From: Verrucomicrobiales bacterium
GTDB taxonomy: Bacteria > Verrucomicrobiota > Verrucomicrobiia > Verrucomicrobiales > V1-33
Direction of reading: 5' to 3'
DNA: 51,422 nucleotides
Assembly: GCA_031411295.1 (NCBI GenBank)
Contig: JANOAV010000030.1
Location: forward strand, 1 to 51,422
A program made the translations under genes and the position numbers. A model generated the notes under the pieces. It was not told the origin of the DNA and searched no databases. It worked only from the letters and a program-made list of their open reading frames with translations. Of the stretch, positions 48,565 to 51,422 are shown piece after piece; position 1 is the stretch's first letter; every line of letters starts with the position of its first letter.

Positions 48565-48604
48565 AAACGGCATCTGCCCCGCATCAGTGGGCAGATGCCG
48601 TTTT
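48565..48604 (+). terminator. Intrinsic terminator after rpmE
   Basis: AAACGGCATCTGCCC-loop-GGGCAGATGCCGTTTT. Confidence 0.8.
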
Positions 48605-48714
48605 GCTATTTTCAGTCGGCTCATTTGTTCATCCGCGCTCGTCTGGCGCACTATTAGCCGCCATCCCCTCCCCTCGTCACTTTCCATTTTCCCACTTTTT
48701 AAATTTTCAATTTC

Positions 48715-49791
48715 ATGGAATACGCCCCTTTAATCGAATTGAAGCGCCACCGACTCAGCGAGTTGGAAATGGCCATTTCAGATCCCAACTTCTTTGCTGA
48801 TCAGAAGAAGGCGGGCGATCTGACGCGGGAGCATTCCCAGATCAAAAAATTGCTCACGGCTTGGGATGCCCACGAAAAATGCCTGCAGGATCTGGCGGAT
48901 AATCAAGCGCTGGCCAAGGAGGAAGACCCGGAAATGGCCGAAATGGCCGCCGCAGAAATCCCGGAACTCGAAAGACGCGCCGCGGAACTGGCGGCGGAAA
49001 TTCAGTATAATTTGTTGCCCCGGGATGCGATTGAGGATCGCGATGCTTTGGTGGAAATCCGGGCGGGAACCGGGGGAGGAGAGGCCAGCTTATTTGCGGC
49101 TGACCTCCTGCGGATGTATCAACGTTACGCCGAAAGCCATGGCTGGAAGGTGGAGTTCATGGATTCCAGTCCCTCTGACGTGGGTGGGTATCGCGAAGTA
49201 ATCATCAAAGTGATGGGCACGGAAGTGTTCCGGCATTTGAAATACGAAAGCGGCGTGCACCGCGTCCAGCGCGTGCCCGCCACCGAGGCTCAAGGGCGGG
49301 TCCATACCTCCGCCGCTACCGTGGCCGTCCTACCGGAGGCCGAAGAGGTGGACATTGATCTCCGGATGGAGGACGTCCGCATCGAAGTCTGCCGCTCCTC
49401 TGGAGCAGGCGGTCAGGGCGTCAATACCACGGACTCCGCCGTGCAGGTGTTGCACATCCCGACTGGCACCATCGTCCGCTGTCAGGATGGCCGCAGCCAG
49501 ATCAAGAACAAGGAGAAGGCCCTGACCATTTTACGTTCTCGTCTGTTGGAGAAAAAGCAAAGCGAAGCCGCAGCGCTTTACTCTGCCCACCGCAAAAATC
49601 TGATCGGCGGCGGCGGACGCGAAGAGAAAATCCGCACCTACAATTTTCCGCAGAATCGCGTGACCGACCACCGCATCGGCATGACGCTCTACAACTTGTC
49701 CAACTTCATGGAAGGGGACATCGACGACATGGTCAAAGGCCTCCAAGCCAGTGAAATGGAAGAACGGATGAAGGAAGCAGGCTTGGCTTGA
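48715..49791 (+). CDS. prfA: Peptide chain release factor 1
   Basis: EIRAGTGG.EA, ESGVHRVQRVPATE (PxT motif of RF1), GAGGQGVN (GGQ), IRTYNFPQNRVTDHR. Confidence 0.97.
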   Translation: MEYAPLIELKRHRLSELEMAISDPNFFADQKKAGDLTREHSQIKKLLTAWDAHEKCLQDLADNQALAKEEDPEMAEMAAAEIPELERRAAELAAEIQYNLLPRDAIEDRDALVEIRAGTGGGEASLFAADLLRMYQRYAESHGWKVEFMDSSPSDVGGYREVIIKVMGTEVFRHLKYESGVHRVQRVPATEAQGRVHTSAATVAVLPEAEEVDIDLRMEDVRIEVCRSSGAGGQGVNTTDSAVQVLHIPTGTIVRCQDGRSQIKNKEKALTILRSRLLEKKQSEAAALYSAHRKNLIGGGGREEKIRTYNFPQNRVTDHRIGMTLYNLSNFMEGDIDDMVKGLQASEMEERMKEAGLA

Positions 49792-49972
49792 GCGCCATCG
49801 CACCTAGTTTGACGTGCCAGGCCGGGGCCACCTGAGCGCGAAGCTTGGAAGGCAAACCTTGATTTTATGGTCTCCGCATTGGAAATTGAAGCCAGTTTGT
49901 AACTTTTTGGTTGTCATCTGAGATATTCATCGTAATGACTCCATCCCGACGGCAACCTGCCGTTTGTGGCAT

Positions 49973-50048
49973 GGCTGGATAGCTCAGTTGGTAGAGCAGT
50001 GGCCTGAAGAGCCTCGTGTCCACGGTTCGAATCCGTGTCCAGCCACCA
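49973..50048 (+). tRNA. tRNA-Phe (GAA)
   Basis: 76-nt cloverleaf: acceptor GGCTGGA/TCCAGCC, D arm GCTC/GAGC, anticodon GAA at 50006-50008, TTCGAAT loop and encoded CCA. Confidence 0.95.
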
Positions 50049-50137
50049 TCTTCTTTATTCATAAAGCAGCCCCCAGTGGGCTGATTTATGTTTTTTGGGG
50101 GACAGGTTAGCGCTACGGTGCTGAGATTTTTGAGGAG

Positions 50138-51247
50138 GTGGCTCAGGCATTTGTGCTGTCAGATGTAATCCAGCGCACTGGCTTCATGGTGGCCGAGAGT
50201 GAAATCCCGGCTTTTAAAAATGGTCGTGCCCTGACGCCGCAGGGGCGCGGACGGCCTCCGCAGAAAGTTGAAAAATTGCACGCGGGCGTGTTGGGTTTCA
50301 AAGCGAAGTATGGGCACTATCCAGAGTATCTGTCCCAATTGGTGCCGGAGTTCGTCAGTGCGGACACGCTCATCTCCCCTAACGGCAGCAACTTCACGGC
50401 TAAACAAGATCATCCAGATCCAGGCGTGCAGGAGCCGCATTACGGTTATGAATTCAGCAATCTGGAGTTTCGCGATGGTCGCACGTTTGCTGAGATCAAG
50501 GAAATCCAGCGTTCGGAGTGGGGTGATGCCGTGCCGATGCTGCGGTATTTCGGCTATGGCAAGGTGATCAATTGCTCCTGCCGGGGAGATACGTATGAAA
50601 CCGCCCTGAACTGGGAATGGGATCCAGCCACGTTGGATGTGGTGGACAAATATGGTTGGGGACCGGGGTTGCAGACAGGTCAGATGGTGGATGTGAAGGT
50701 GGTAGGCCCCAATGGCCAGCCCGTGCCGGGAGCCAAAGTCTTTGCGGATGGACGAAACTACTCCTTCGACCTGCCGGATCGGCCTTACACCGCTGATGCG
50801 TCCGGCAATGTCAGGATTCCCGTTGGAGCGGACGCTGACCGCACCGCGTTGCAATTACGCTTAGCAACTCCCGGCCTAGCCTCGCAAACGTTGTCGTTCG
50901 CACGCGGAGAGGTGCCGATTAATCCGACCATCACCGCGAGCACCGCCCAACAAGTTGGCGGGCAACTTCTTGATGCTGAGGGATATCCCGCAGCCAACCA
51001 ACGCATCGCCTTGCGCACACCCATCGGGGAGGGACAGAACTTCGCCACGATCGGACAGGTGGTGACCGATAATAACGGGAACTGGTCGGCCCCGGTGCAT
51101 CCTGAGGATGCGGGACGATTTGTGATTTCCACCACCGTCGCAGGGCCGCATTTCCAAGGCTACTCCGCGCAGGGCAATGTGCCCGTGGACCATGCCGCAG
51201 CCGTGCAAGGGCGAGCGGTGGTAAATTTGTCAGAACCTGTCCGGTAA
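50138..51247 (+). CDS. Hypothetical protein with C-terminal carboxypeptidase-regulatory/CnaB-like beta domains
   Basis: GAGGAG RBS before GTG 50138. VVGPNGQPVPGAKV and GQLLDAEGYPAAN..I....VTDNNGNW motifs. The last codons may lie inside the IS5 end. Confidence 0.65.
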   Translation: MAQAFVLSDVIQRTGFMVAESEIPAFKNGRALTPQGRGRPPQKVEKLHAGVLGFKAKYGHYPEYLSQLVPEFVSADTLISPNGSNFTAKQDHPDPGVQEPHYGYEFSNLEFRDGRTFAEIKEIQRSEWGDAVPMLRYFGYGKVINCSCRGDTYETALNWEWDPATLDVVDKYGWGPGLQTGQMVDVKVVGPNGQPVPGAKVFADGRNYSFDLPDRPYTADASGNVRIPVGADADRTALQLRLATPGLASQTLSFARGEVPINPTITASTAQQVGGQLLDAEGYPAANQRIALRTPIGEGQNFATIGQVVTDNNGNWSAPVHPEDAGRFVISTTVAGPHFQGYSAQGNVPVDHAAAVQGRAVVNLSEPVR

Positions 51248-51422
51248 TTTTGAAAAAGGGCCATAATGGGGTAGGGTAAGGAATGAGAAAAAGCTACCCG
51301 ACAGATGTGAGTGACAAGGAATGGGCGTTACTGGAGCCACTATTTTGCCCACCAGGGGCGGCCCGCAAAGCCGGACGCACCGCCAGCCCTGCCAACGTGC
51401 GGGAGTGCTACAATGCGATCCG
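51233..51422 (+). mobile_element. IS5-family insertion sequence, left end and transposase N-terminus (truncated by the window)
   Basis: ATG 51283 gives MRKSYPTDVSDKEWALLEPLF....GR.....RECYNAI (DUF4096-like YPxDxxDxEW). Candidate left end GAACCTGT follows TCA. Confidence 0.8.

Noticed and set aside
1..51422. CRISPR array
   Set aside because: No series of equal-length repeats with unique spacers seen. The GTCTAT repeats and REP-like arms are too short or irregular, and no cas genes are present.
49973..51422. tRNA-anchored genomic island
   Set aside because: No integrase or duplicated tRNA 3' end within the window; cannot be excluded beyond the edge.

Overview
A 51 kb bacterial chromosomal window, GC-rich with a few AT-rich patches. 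It is most likely from a Verrucomicrobiota (PVC) genome, inferred from a PEP-CTERM protein, a TIGR04073-like protein, W-x-x-DP helical-repeat proteins, extended ECF sigma factors and a kinase-type ECF. Housekeeping genes (ridA-family, ptsI, aas-like, pyrH, rpmE, prfA, tRNA-Phe) are interleaved with four accessory zones. (1) 1-3.3 kb: two diverged copies of an IS91-family transposase 3' remnant, attC-like hairpins, a probable tyrosine-recombinase N-terminal remnant split by a 152-bp MITE with a 10-bp target duplication, and a PIN toxin-antitoxin pair. (2) 19.4-30.8 kb: a stand-alone A-T-TE NRPS-like enzyme with non-canonical motifs, a membrane protein, a papain-like protease, a Ser/Thr kinase with a 94-aa internal duplication, a GT4 glycosyltransferase divergent from a small protein ending in S16-R-S9-R, and an ECF sigma. 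(3) 30.9-35.3 kb: conflict and mobile debris (Uma2, orphan Imm8, BlaI with truncated BlaR, RAYT-type transposase, decayed Rhs toxin with a low-GC putative immunity gene). (4) 37.6-46.6 kb: the best candidate for an uncharacterised system, a phage-free tail-collar protein with two sulfotransferases, an Asp/Asn beta-hydroxylase, an HExxH protein, a Tat-exported protein, a Calx-beta surface protein, a PEP-CTERM protein and a ScyD/ScyE protein. An IS5-family transposase starts at the right edge. All family calls come from motif recognition by eye; no database searches were run.
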